In this document: positions 37,190-49,682 of the stretch, piece by piece
Position numbering within the stretch: position 1 is the stretch's first letter
Layout: each line of letters opens with the position of its first letter
Assembly: GCF_022045235.1 (NCBI RefSeq)
Contig: NW_027266343.1
Location: 28,272,001-28,336,000, forward strand
DNA: 64,000 bases
Source of the DNA: Haliotis cracherodii
Taxonomy: Eukaryota
Direction: 5' to 3'
The notes under the pieces: generated by a model
The model's input: only the letters and a program-made list of their open reading frames with translations
What the model was told of the DNA's origin: nothing
The model's database searches: none
Translations under genes and position numbers: made by a program

Positions 37190-38965
37190 TGTGTAATGAT
37201 TACCGGTACCAATGGAACCTGTCTGGACTATGAGTACAATAGTGTATGGGGCTGAAAGCCAGTATCAAAGCATATCCTAACATCATTCAGAGCATGATAT
37301 ACAAGTAGATCTGCCAGAAGTAATAAATCACCTACATGTCATATGATGTCATCATTTATTCAGCCAGTGGATGAAATGATGCGTTGGTTCACACTCTTAT
37401 GCTTTAACAGTACTGCTTCCATACCTGGATCAACACACCATCAGTGATTCAGAATTTATACTGAACTTGTTGACCAATTTTGTATTGTAAATTACACACT
37501 AACAAGTTCCAAAACAGGTTATGGTAATTTTTGTTTTTGCTTTTATTCAGGACATCATGTTCATCAGCTTTGCATGTTTTTAGATTGTTCAATTTGTAGT
37601 AAAAACAAAAACAAAATGGAATTTTCTCAGATGTCTGATTGTTGAAAACCCTTTGGAGCTAATGTAGACTGATCAGTAGATACATGCTAAATTACAATTA
37701 TTTTTAATTTGCTTGAAAGTTATGGTTATTTGTTACTCGCATGTGTGTTACTTAGAATGCATTATTTGAATGTTTATAATAAATAATATGTATCATCATA
37801 ACTCAGTGACACACCCCACTCCCCACCCCCAATATCATGTTTATGACAATAGACAGATGGGAACTTTATTAAATTGTAACAACTGCTTAGCTTTTTACCA
37901 AATATGTCTTTGATAAACTACAGCCCTTGAAAGTGTGTGTTTCACACAGAGTTTCCTATGGTTATCTTAACAAAATCAGTGGCCACTTTCAGGACAAACT
38001 GTTTGGGTGTCTGGATCTCAAACATGGCATTAGTATCTAGTAGAATTTCATGGCATAGTGACTTTCCATATCAACTAGAAAACCTGCCAATGGTGTAATT
38101 TATAATAAAGTTGTCTATAACCTCATGCCTAAGTTTCTTCAGTTGATTAATTGCCACACCATGATTAATTGCCACACCATTGTTATTGAACATATTCTTT
38201 CATATTATGCCATTCACATCCGACATTTTTACAAGCACACACATAGTTAGAAAACGCTAGATTGGAATGAATCAATTACTTATTAAAAAATTATTAGATC
38301 TATTTATGATTAATTTCATTGTGTAATAAGAAAACAAATGCCAGATAAATGGCATTTCATGTGAATAAAATCCAGAGGCCAAATCTCAGAACCAATGACA
38401 GACCCTATCTTTAAAAACCACTATTTAATAATCAAAAGTGTTTGTTTATCCTAGTTATTATACTAGGCGCTAACTCCGCTAAACCCACCAATTTACATTG
38501 GGAGAAAACGGGGCATAATCGGTGACATTTGCGCAATCAATTTTTTTTAAATAAAGATGCTAACGGTATTTCATTGACGTGGTCGTTTAATTCTATGTAT
38601 TATGTATACGATTTCGTGATATAAGTGAGCTGACACGAAATATTATCACACGTAACAGTGATGAAAATGGGGTGTGTGTGTGTCATTGTTTACATTTCAC
38701 CGATGTGACGACCACTTTCGAGTCTCGAAACAGCTTAAATAATGTTTTCCTTCACTAAAAGTAACAATGGACGTTATTCTCGTGACAAATACATTGCAAG
38801 AGCATTCATAAAAATGCTAAGAAAACATTTTAACCACCCGTTCTAGAGTTTTTCTACAGTAAATACATGGCGTGTCCGCCATGTTTGTTCGTCTAGGAGG
38901 CGGCCATTGTGCAGTCATTGCCTGGGTCAGTGTAGCGCCAGCGCAGCATACCCAGGGAACCAGGC
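37190..38965. mobile_element. Unclassified insertion of about 1.8 kb within the Dong RT
   Basis: The Dong reading frame stops before it and resumes right after ...cccagggaaccaggct. That end resembles an AGCCTGG-type DNA transposon terminus (Academ-like, inferred). The other end is not found. Confidence 0.4.
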
Positions 38966-40026
38966 TGTCACTGTTTAAATTCTCTTGTGGATACAGGGGA
39001 TATTCTGCCATTGTTACGCAGAGGTCGAACAATCCTTCTTCCAAAGAAAGGTGATTTGAATAATTCGAAAAAAAACCCCGCCCTTTTACTTCTCTGAATA
39101 CACAGTACAACATATTGACAGGATGTCCTGAAGATGTTGTGGCATTACCATGCTCTTCCAATACCATTATGAACATGGAGCAGAAAGGAGATAGAAAGGG
39201 ATGTTGGGGCTGAAAGGATCAATTGCTGGTTCAAACAATTATCCTTGAAGAGGATAAAACTTGCCACCGTAACAAAGTACAGAAAATCTCACGAATGGAT
39301 TTGGAAGTCACTGGAATATACAGGGCTCAACGAGGGGCTACTTGTTTTACTCATATCTTTAATGAACTGTTGGTCAGGTCAACTTGAGATGTATTCGCTG
39401 GGTCAAGTGATGACTTCGGAACCAATTCCTATTAGAAGAGGAATCTTTCAGGGCAATTCGTTTAGTGCATTGCTTTTCTGTTTGTCACTAAATCCTTAAG
39501 CTTTTAGCCTAACAAAAAGGAAGGTTATCACCCTGGACCTCAGCACAGATCCCCAACATCCCTTACTCACCGCCTTTACATGGATGACCTTGAACCTCTT
39601 GGCAAAGGAGAATCCACTCGCCAAATGCACGAACATGCTTCATCTGAAACGTGTCAAGGAAGAAGAGGGGGGATCAGTCAGTTTTACTGGGAGGAGTTAT
39701 TGACCATCTCGTCGAAGGTCAGACCCATACGTACTAACTACAGAATGCCCAAAGTACAAATGTAGACTTACGAAAATCTGGAGTTCAGAGCTGAACGCTC
39801 ACAATAACGTCAAGGCCACAAATACTTGTGTTGTTCCCGTGCTTTCGAATTCTTTTGGTGTTGATTGGGCGAAGAATCTTGTCAGAGATGTCCACCCCCG
39901 CACTTCCTATTCGCTGTCTGGGCTGCGTGTAGAGGAGCAAGGGCCCTTAGAAAAAAAACAATTGAAAATATAACTCGTATTGCAGGTGTAGCTGAAAAAA
40001 TATCTGCTCTCAGTACAAAAACCCAT

Positions 40027-40268
40027 GAGTGAGTGAGTTTGATTTAACGTCCCAGTAATCCAGTTATATCCCGGCACATCAGCTTAATGTAGGGGAAAGC
40101 CAGAAATGGCACAGGTCCTTTACTTTTACCCACGGGCACGGGTCAGGTGCTGACAAACCTAGAAAAAACATAATCGGGGCAAACCGTGATTTGAACCCAC
40201 GATCATAGGTTTTTGCGTGGCAAAGGGATGCGACTCTGCACAGCGACTTGCGGCGACTCAGATGACAG
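40027..40268 (-). mobile_element. SINE family B
   Basis: (GAGT)n tail, gtgctgacaaacctaga and gatttgaacccacgatcatagg. Confidence 0.8.
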
Positions 40269-40311
40269 TGCCATTACCCTGAGATATGTTTTAAACATAC
40301 TTAAGAACGAT

Positions 40312-40465
40312 ATGAGTGAGTGAGTATGGTTTTACGCCATATTAAGCATTAATCGAGCAATATCATGTTTGGGGGCACAAGAAATGGACTTCACACGTAC
40401 AAATGTGGAAAACTTAAACCGGGCCTTCGGCGTGACAAGCAAACGCTTTATGCAACCCTACCACC
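40312..40465 (-). mobile_element. SINE family D, divergent
   Basis: gagtgagtgagtatggttttacgcc...ccgggccttcggcgtgacaagcaaacgcttta. Confidence 0.7.
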
Positions 40466-41467
40466 TCTCAAGAGCGATGACTGCTCCAGTTTCATCGGTC
40501 ATGAATGATATTTAAGCTAAACGTATTTAAATTAAATCATATAAACAATGTTGACTGGTTAACAATATTAACAGTTGGTATCTGGATGCTATACACTGTG
40601 TCATTTTGAGAAAATAAGTTTGATGATCGTTCGAAAACGTCTTTATACTATTATTTATCTGATGTGACGTCTTTGATCTGAAGATGCCCGTGCAGCTCAG
40701 ATCTTGCAGGTAAAGGCCATTCATAGTCAGTGAGTGTTATTGGGTTAAACGCCGCTTTGAACATTATTTCAGTCAAATCACAGCCTGTAAGCTTTATGTG
40801 GGTGAAAACGCCTAAACCAAGAATAAGGATCTGGCGATTCTGCGATTTTAACCCACGATGATTGGACCCTGACATGGCTAATTGCGGAGCCTCAGATTGG
40901 ACCACCTACGCCCCCTTATTAACGATACTCAGTCATATTCATATATATATTTCCTATTTTCACATGCATGACTATTGTAACTAAAACCTAATCTGTGCAT
41001 GTATGTTGGACATAATCATACAGGCCGCCATCATATATCTGGAATATAATCCGGTCTCCCTCTCATTTGAAGGACACACAGGGGTGCGTGCAATGGAGAT
41101 TAGGATCCATGGGCATATGCTGACAACAATATTGTGAAGAGTTCAAGTAGAGTTCATCGGTACCTGTGTTCCGACCTCAGCCTATAAGTAGCATGCTGAG
41201 AACACTGTAGCACCAGTGGTAATCTTGTTGACAGCATGGCGCGTCTTGTTGTCATGACCACCTGCAACACGTCCTTGCCAGCTGGATGCCTAATGTCGAG
41301 ACATTCTACTACTCAAACCTTCCTAAGTGTAATGATTTTAGCTAAGCTGTTATTTTCAGAAATGACTGCATGGTATATCTCGGAGTGGAAGCTTCAGCAA
41401 TAAAAAATTAAACTACCTGTTGAGTTTTCTTCAACGTGTTCCACATGTCCTTACATCTTCCTACCTG

Positions 41468-42277
41468 TCTCCGACACAATCACCAACCTCAGCTCCGACA
41501 CAATCACCACCCTCAGCCCAAACACAATCATCACCCTCAGCTCCAACATAACCACCACCCTCAGCCCCAACACAACCACCACCCTCAGCTCCAACACAAT
41601 CACCACCCTCAGCTCCAACACAACCACCACCCTCAGCTCCAACACAACCACCACCCTCAGCTCAAACACAACCACCACCCTCAGCTCCAACACAACCACC
41701 ACCCTCAGACTCAACACAACCACCACCCTCAGCTCCAACACAACCACCACCCTCAGCTCCAACACAACCACCACCCTCAGCCCCAATACAACCACCACCC
41801 TCAGCTCCAACACAACCACCACCCTCAGCTCAAACACAATCACCACCCTCAGCCCAAACACAATCACTACCCCCGGCCCCAACACAATCACTACCCTCAG
41901 CCCCAACACAATCACCACCCTCAGCCCCAACACAATCACCACCCTCAGCTCCATCATCTCTGACACAATCACCACCCTCAGCTCCATCATCTCTGACACA
42001 ATCACCACCCTCAGCTCCAACACAACCACCACCCTCAGCTCCAACACAATCACCACCCTGAGACCATCATCTCCGACACAACCACCACCCTCAGCTCCAT
42101 CAGAATCACCACCCTCAGCTCCAACATCTCTGTCACAATCACCACCCTCAGCTCCATCACAATCACCACCCTCAGTTCCATCATCTCTGACACAATCACC
42201 ACCCTCAGCTCCAACACAATCACCACCCTCAGCTCCATCATCTCCGACACAATCACCACCCTCAGCTCCAACACAAA
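41468..42277. repeat. 24-bp minisatellite grading into 33-bp variant units
   Basis: ccaacacaaccaccaccctcagct repeated, later ccatcatctctgacacaatcaccaccctcagct. Confidence 0.95.
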
Positions 42278-42832
42278 CAATTGTTGGATAGAAAATATGT
42301 CCGCACCTTTTTTTAAAAAAAACTGCTACTATAGGGTACACACGGTACGGTACATATGAACTCACTTCCTTGTTTAGGGCCAGTGTTATTTATGAGAAAT
42401 ACGGTACCGACCCCATTAGGTTGAAAGTGCCGCTATTACCCCTCCCGTTCACCGCCCCGGGCGGGTCAGTTCCCTCATTACCCAATCACTAACGCTCTAA
42501 TGACAGTCCTTGCCTCCCCCTCCTCGCCTCTCCCCCTAGCTGGGCTTGGGTCACCCAATATCGACGCTCCAGGCAAAACCATTACCGAACGCCGTCGCAT
42601 TTACTTACTGTCTGTTGCTACTGCGCATGTCTCTCCTACTGTGGGATTCAACGCGGCGTAAAAAGGGTTGTGTTCAATGCTCAGACTAATATTTCCCTTT
42701 CTCGGGCACTGTAAGCGATTTCTGTCGCATTACCATGTGGGAAAATGAGAAAATGTCATGATTACCAAACTTATAACATTACAAGGCTCAAATTAAATTT
42801 TAAAAAACCCAAGTAACATATTAATAATATTC

Positions 42833-43976
42833 CTCTTTCACTTTCTCTGTCTGTGTTTCTCTCTCTCTCTTTCTGTGTGTCTCTCTCTGTGTGTATCTCT
42901 TTCTCTGTCCGTCTCTTTGTCTCTCTTTCACTTTCTCTGTCTGTGTTTCTCTGTTTTGGCTACCTCTCTCTCTCTATCCCGTTTCCCTCTGTCTGTCTGC
43001 CTGTCTTTCTACCTCTGTATCTCTTTCTTTTTCACTTTTTCTCTCTCCTTTTCCTCTCTCACTCCCTCACTCTCTCCCTTTCGCTCTCTATCTCTTCCCC
43101 CTCTCTCTGTCTGTCTTTCCCACCCCTCTCTCCCTACCTCTGTATCTCTTTCTTTTTCACTTTCTCTCTCTCCCCCTCTCTCTCCCTCTCGCTCTCTATC
43201 TCTTCCCCCTATCTATGTCTGTCTGCCTGTCTTTCCCACCTCTCTCTCTCTCTACCCCTGTATCTCTTTTACTTTCTCTCTCCCCTCTCACTCCCTCTCT
43301 CCCTCTTCCTCTCGCTCTTTATCTCTTCCCCCTATCTCTGTCTGTCTGCCTGTCTTTGCCACCTCTCTCTCTCTCTACCCCTGTATCTCTTTTACTTTCT
43401 CTCTCCCCTCTCATCTCTCTCTCCCTCTCGCTCTCTATCTCTTCCCCCTCTCTCTGTCTGTCTGCCTGTCTTTCCCTCCTCTCTCTCTACCCCTGTATCT
43501 CTTTCACTTTCTCCCTCTCCCTCTCATCTCTCACTCCCCCTCTGTCTCCCTCTCGCTCTCTATCTCTTCCCCCTCTCTCTGTCTGTCTGCCTGTCTTTCC
43601 TAGCTCGCTCTCTCTCTCTACCTCTGTATCTCTTTCTCTTTCTCTTTCTCTTTCACTTTCTCTGTGTTTCTCTCGCTCTCTCTTTCTGTCTCCCTTTCTC
43701 TCTCTCTGGTTCTCTTTCTCTGTCCGTCTCTCTGTCTCTCTTTCACTTTCTCTGTCTGTGTTTCTCTGTTTTGGCTACCTCTTTCTCTCTATCCCGTTTC
43801 CCTCTGTCTGTCTGCCTGTCTTTCCTAGCTCTCACTCTTTCTCTTTCACTTTCTCTCTCTCCGTCTCCACTCTCACCCCCTCTCTCTCCCTCTCGCTCTC
43901 TATCTCTTCCCCTCTCTATCTGTCTGTCTTTCTTACCTCTCTCTCCCTCTCCACCTCTGTATCTCTTTCTGGTTCA

Positions 43977-44053
<77 letters not shown>

Positions 44054-44125
44054 GCCCTCTCACTCCCCTCTTTCTCTCTTTATCTCTCCCTCTCTCTCAG
44101 TCTCTGTCTTGTTTCTCTCTTCTTT
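42833..44125. repeat. About 1.3-kb CT-rich polypyrimidine low-complexity tract with (CT)n
   Basis: Almost only C and T on the plus strand, a pure (CT)n run near 43980-44036, and internal repeats of about 110-125 bp. Confidence 0.95.
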
Positions 44126-44420
44126 ATGCATTAGACTAGAGCGAGTAGACTTAAGCACACAAGGTCTAAGTCTCCACAACGTGACAAGTAATCTACCTAC
44201 ACAGTAGCTCAATTCAAGCGGCATTAGGCTAATAACAAAAAAACTGCCACATAAAAACAGGTGGTAAGTTGCATGTACTATGTCGTTAGTGTCATGGGTG
44301 TTTGGACGTAACAACAGATACGTTGGTGTTTCAGAAACGCAATAAGTGCCTCGGAAGAGATTTAGATTTCCTCATGCTGTCATCGACAAGAACTACGCGG
44401 TGCCACGGCGCTTCAGTCAT

Positions 44421-44778
44421 GGACCGCCTCCGTGGTCTAGTGGTAGAGCGTCCGACCGGAGAGCGGAAGGTCGGGGGTCTCGTTCCCCGGCCGCGCCATA
44501 CCAAAAGACATTAAAACATGGTACTTGTTGTTACCATGTCTGATGCTCGGGATTAAGGGCCTTAAACAAGGAGACGTTTGCTCGGTGTCAGTATACTGTG
44601 TCTGAGTGAAGTATTTATGTTAAAATGCGGCATGGTTTTTCATTTGGCTAGCACTATAAAATCGACATTAGTCCGGATTAAGTATAAACCATACACACAC
44701 ACAAACACACGTGCATACACATCGCTATATGAGTGCAATAATCTTGAATCCGACGTTAAACCCTATTTCACCTCACTT
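44421..44778 (+). mobile_element. SINE family C (tRNA head; Meta/Deu-domain-like body)
   Basis: A box tggtctagtgg, body cataccaaaagacattaaaacatggtacttgttg...gctagcactataaaat, and (TCACC)-type tail. The domain names are from recall. Confidence 0.8.
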
Positions 44779-45145
44779 CAGTCGTGCTATGTGCAAAGTA
44801 AACACATAGGTCTGAAGTAACCTCTACTTGTAGGGTGAATCTGGGTGAACCAGGTGTTTTCGTTTTGTATTTTAAACTTGTTTTATTCTCATGTAAAGGA
44901 TCGGGCACAAGTTATCGCGGCTGAGATCACTTTCTCCCGTAGACTTACACGTATACATCAAACGACAGAGGGGTACATAATAGAAAAGAAGAGAAACAAA
45001 GAAACGTATTTACATTAACATTTCTAAAACCTTTTTGTGTTCCTTATATATGTACGAATTGTAACATTCATAAAATGTTTTCGTTCGTGTGGCCAGGGTC
45101 AGTGACTCGGTTGATTGGGTGTCCACTTGTCCCAATGGCATAGAT

Positions 45146-45543
45146 CGATGCTCTTGTTCCTACATACACCTATACTTGTTGTAAACCGATCGGTTGCAAA
45201 GCTCTTTGACTCGGTCGATGCTCTTGTTCCTACATACACCTATACTTGTTGTAAACCGATCGGTTGCAAAGCTCTTTGACTCGGTCGATGCTCTTGTTCC
45301 TACATACACCTATACTTGTTGTAAACCGATCGGTTGCAAAGCTCTTTGACTCGGTCGATGCTCTTGTTCCTACATACACCTATACTTGTTGTAAACCGAT
45401 CGGTTGCAAAGCTCTTTGACTCGGTCGATGCTCCTGTTCCTACATACACCTATACTTGTTGTAAACCGATCGGTTGCAAAGCTCTTTGACTCGGTCGATG
45501 CCCTTGTTTCTACATACACCTATACTTGTTGTAAACCGATCGG
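45146..45543. repeat. 70-bp tandem repeat (about 5.7 copies) derived from SINE family A
   Basis: ctcttgttcc-type unit starts at 45151, 45221, 45291, 45361, 45431 and 45501. Confidence 0.92.
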
Positions 45544-48500
45544 TGATCAGACTCAGTGACTTGGTTGAATACGTGTCCTCTTGCCCTGTGTTTCCAATCT
45601 CATTGAAATTGTCCAAGAAATTTTGCGAAAATAATAGCTATGCTTCAAACTGATGAAAATCACAGAAATTGCCTGGCACAAATACGTTACAAGATGTATG
45701 TTTTAAAAAATATATATATATATTTTGAGTCAAAATGTTGTTTTTTTTAAATCTGTTTTAGCAGCTGAAGCCATATAAAATTCCTGCCCCCGGTTGTAAG
45801 AGGCGAATGAATTGGATAGGGTAGTCAGACTGGGTGATTTTGGTGACTGTGTCATCGTAGCCAGACGGGACGGGGCGTAATATCAACCACTGATTTCTCT
45901 GGTGTAGATTCGATTATGTACAGGCCACGGTGATATTGCTGGTGTAGTACACTTAGACTCACATCCAGTCTCTGAAATGAACCTATTTTACAGAAAAAAC
46001 AGTAACTTATTACTGTTGTTGAATTATAGTTATGAAATATAATAAATAGGAGCCCAGAGACTTTCTTCATCTTCACGTACTACAGTTATCTAGACTTGCC
46101 AAATATTATAGACTTGCATGGACTGTATTGGAATTGTTTGTGTCAGGGCCTGTATGACAGACTATAGTACACCAAACAAACAATCAAATCTAAATTCTGA
46201 GAAACAGGGACTGTTCCCAGTCTAGTCATGATACCGTATCGTTTGTCGTTAGAGACTGGTGGAAAGAGGATTAACACGCGACCTGGTTCGGAAATAAGCT
46301 TATGAAATTAACTAGCCCTGCCAGGTTGGAAGGAAACATGACTCATGTTTGCAATTAGGGATGTAGCGTCTTAAGGTCTTTATATGCCTCTGTTCCCGAA
46401 TAGACGGAAGGTGAGACTGGGCCATCTTGAAGAGTGAGAAACTATATAACGCCAGGGGTCACAGTTAACTCACATACTGCCACCACTGGCACTATATTAA
46501 GTTCATGTAATGAAATAACGCCGCCATATTTGGCCAACGACTTTAACGTGATGGCTTATCACTTCATCAAAGGTCAGTGATTCATAACATGTTAGTTTAC
46601 TACATAAGATAGCTACGCGTTAGAATGGCAAAGATAAATAAAGAACGACGCGTGGTTAACTTCACGATATAACATTGTTCTAGGATGACGTCATTTCTGG
46701 AGATTCGAACATGCGCTCGCAACTTAATGAGGTCGAAAATTGGACGACGTGATTTTTTAGAAGGAAGTGTCTAGTGAGTAGTTCCCTGTGTATGCAGCTT
46801 GCAACGCAGATAAACGCAGTGACCTAACGATTGCGTCTAAAAGTAGGAGATATATGACAATCGGTATTGAGAGAAAATATATAGATAATCGACGGGAAAA
46901 ATGTGAGAATATTCGGGGAATATCAAACTTCACCCCTGTTCACCAAATAGACTTGTCCGACATAGCCGAGGTCGGATTGTATTCAGGGCGTCATCATTAT
47001 TTAAAAACGAGTAAATATTTTCAAAACTTGCACATTTTATTGACGTCCTTTGAGAGACTGTACATCATGTTGATGTCTCATATTAGAAGAAAAAAACTAA
47101 CTCGTGGTAGTTGTTTATCGTACAGTAAGTCAGTCCAGGGGAGAATAAACCACGAGGGGCTGCGCCCAATTGTTCAACCATTGTCAATAGTCAGATAATA
47201 TGGATTGTATAATATACACGTATATTATTCATGTGTGCACACCATAATGTGATCATGTATTCAGACAGTGTATTTCTGGAAAGCCTATTGTGCCATTAAA
47301 CAGTGCGCAACACATTTTCTTTGCACTTGACTTGGTCGATATTGATGAAGCGCATTGCCCACCGCACGGCTTGTATTGTCAATCCTACATGCGTATATAA
47401 ACTGTACATAATTTGTCACTTATTGCCTGTGAAATCCATATTGAATTGTCATTAAAGTGTGTGTTTTTACTTTCTCGTGTATACAACCCTATTGTTATGG
47501 ATCTATAATACTATACCTTGATCTGTCTGGCTGCCCATGCCGCGCTATCTCCAATGTTCGGATATCGCGGAAGGTACAACACGGTTCTGCTTGGTTCGAA
47601 ATAATAGGGTTCAAATGTATATGGTGGGTTTTTAAGTACTCAAAGAGGGTCTTATATGACTTTCTATATCAACTGATCATGACGGGCAAAAGAAAGTATA
47701 CACCCATGTTTGATGGTGGATGAAAATGAAACAAACAAGTAATGGTCACTGGACGGGTATCCTGCGATATAACATGCATTATATGGCTGAGTGTCTCACA
47801 ACAGGTCTGCTGAGTGACAGCTTGATCACGTTTGAATGGTTGGTCAAATCCAATTTTCAAGTGTATTTCGTTTGCCCGGCAGATTATAACAGTTACAATT
47901 TCCAATGGTGTTGTTATCAAAAATGGCTAGTTCGTTTCATCAACTGGAAATATTTTAGAATCCACGACCAGATTTAGAAACATGGCGATGATATCAAATA
48001 AAAATTAATCTACAGCATTCCTTTGGTATAAAGTATCCATAGTTTCCAAAGAGATCTCCCTGAAATGCCACAGCGTGCCCGAGGCTCCTGTTCTTCTAAG
48101 TTTAGCGCAAAACATGGGAGAAACTGGAAACAATTATGCCAAGAAGCCAAATGCATTGGAAACAGCATACCATTCGAAAAGACATGCGTTCTGTGAATGA
48201 GAGATCTGACTGTTCTTTAAAAGCTCGTGTCCTGTTCCCTCCTCTTCGTTGGCACCCCAATACTTTCTTGTTAACGGAAGCCATTGTCAGAGCCTCGTTG
48301 TAGGACTTCCATAGCGCTACAGTGACAAATATTAAGCTTTCCTTTGAAGGTGCTACAGTCGAGGAAATTATAAAGGAATGTAGCCTAATCACGGATCCCT
48401 TCCACCGTCTGGACTTCCGGCAAATGAGATTTTTTCCTTGCCCGCTGACAGTGACGACCGTAAACACAAGGCCCGTGAAGCGCTTCCATGACCCCAGAAC

Positions 48501-49682
48501 AATGCATTGACTTAACTGTAGGAATAATTGTTTATATGATAATATGTGTTTTCTTTGAACATATTATGAATGCTTGTGTGTGTTGGGGGAGGATTTATGA
48601 TTATTATTGCTTAAGGACAATGGCATTATACATTTAGTTTGTAGTCAGATTCGTTCTGGCGCTTACTGTTGCTTAAGTGTGTGTTAATGTTTTATTAAAT
48701 GTTCTACTTGCAGAGAGATAGATTTATTGACGGGAATTCTCGTTTACTTTCTTGCATAGTGCCAACATGTCGTTTTTAATATTTCTGGTCTATTCATACA
48801 GAAAACCTTCGCCCAGTCACTCATAACCTATTTTCGTAGTTTAAAATTGAACACTAAAAACAAATTCTTTAAATATTAGACTAAGAATAATTCGAATTAT
48901 TCCGAGATTTCGGTTTGAAATGTTGACCTATAAAGCAGGCAAAACTACTACTCGTATTTCAGGCTATTCTGGAAAGGTCCGACACTAGACGAAATTCACG
49001 TGACGCAACGTACGTTCCATGTGTAGGTGCAAAAATAGGATATGATCACTATAATCGTGGCTTTCCTTTTTATTGGATCTTGTTGTTGTGTCTTTCCTGA
49101 AGCACTTAATTTATAGATTATGTTACCATCACCAAGACCCTTCATTGTGACTACTATGCATCCCAAAGCTTGATGGACACAGCAAAAATATTTCGGGGAG
49201 GCGTGGCATAGTGACGTCGAAGCTGTCCATATATCTTCCCCAGTACTCAGTCTGCTGTTTGTCGTAAGAAGCGACGTTAATTAAATGGGGTGGGGCGGGT
49301 GTCTTGATTGACTTTGGCTGTCACCCAATGACGTGCTCATGAAATCAACCACCTGTTGGCTTTGCGCACTGGGACATCTCATTAATGACCTTTGTCGTTG
49401 GCTAAAGTTTTGCAAAAGTTGTCATAATTACGGAAAGACGGATTAGTTAATTTGTTGGACTGGTATCTACTGTCTTCTGCACTGTAACATCCCTACAAAT
49501 ACTGGTTTCGAGCACCTACTTATTTCGGTATAGACAGTAGGTCAGTCTCAGCGAAACATCACACCCACATACAGGTGGACATGTTCTTCATCACTCCATG
49601 ACAGGTCCAATCAACGCCTTTGACATGTTATTTTGAAAAGAAACTCAGCGCAACACAAAGTAACAGTGAGCTATGACATATA

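Larger units (their letters stand above)
34578..39950 (+). mobile_element. Second R4/Dong-clade element (5' UTR, N-terminus, RT), decayed, split by nested insertions and lacking its endonuclease
   Basis: QQNIRDQLRRLK (about 34940) and TAPGPDGIRNWFW (about 35860). After the insertions: GRTILLPKKGD (about 39020), EQKG..KGCWG*KDQLL, IRRGIFQGNSFSALLFCL, LTHRLYMDDL, KIWSSELNAHN. The 3' UTR match attcgctgtctgggctgcgtgtaga is at about 39910. Confidence 0.85.

Noticed and set aside
41451-42365. 304-aa minus-strand ORF (LELRVVVV)n
   Set aside because: Antisense read-through of the 24-bp minisatellite; no domain or gene context.
42853-44207. 428-, 242- and 438-aa Leu/Ser-rich ORFs
   Set aside because: All three frames are open only because the CT tract lacks the A needed for stop codons.
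45146-45543. CRISPR array
   Set aside because: The whole 70-bp unit repeats with no variable spacer, and it derives from a SINE.
46690-47230. Additional Crypton-like or MITE-like elements here and near 28960-29230, 14560-14790 and 5550-6960
   Set aside because: They look repeat-like, but I could not define matching ends or a second copy in the window.
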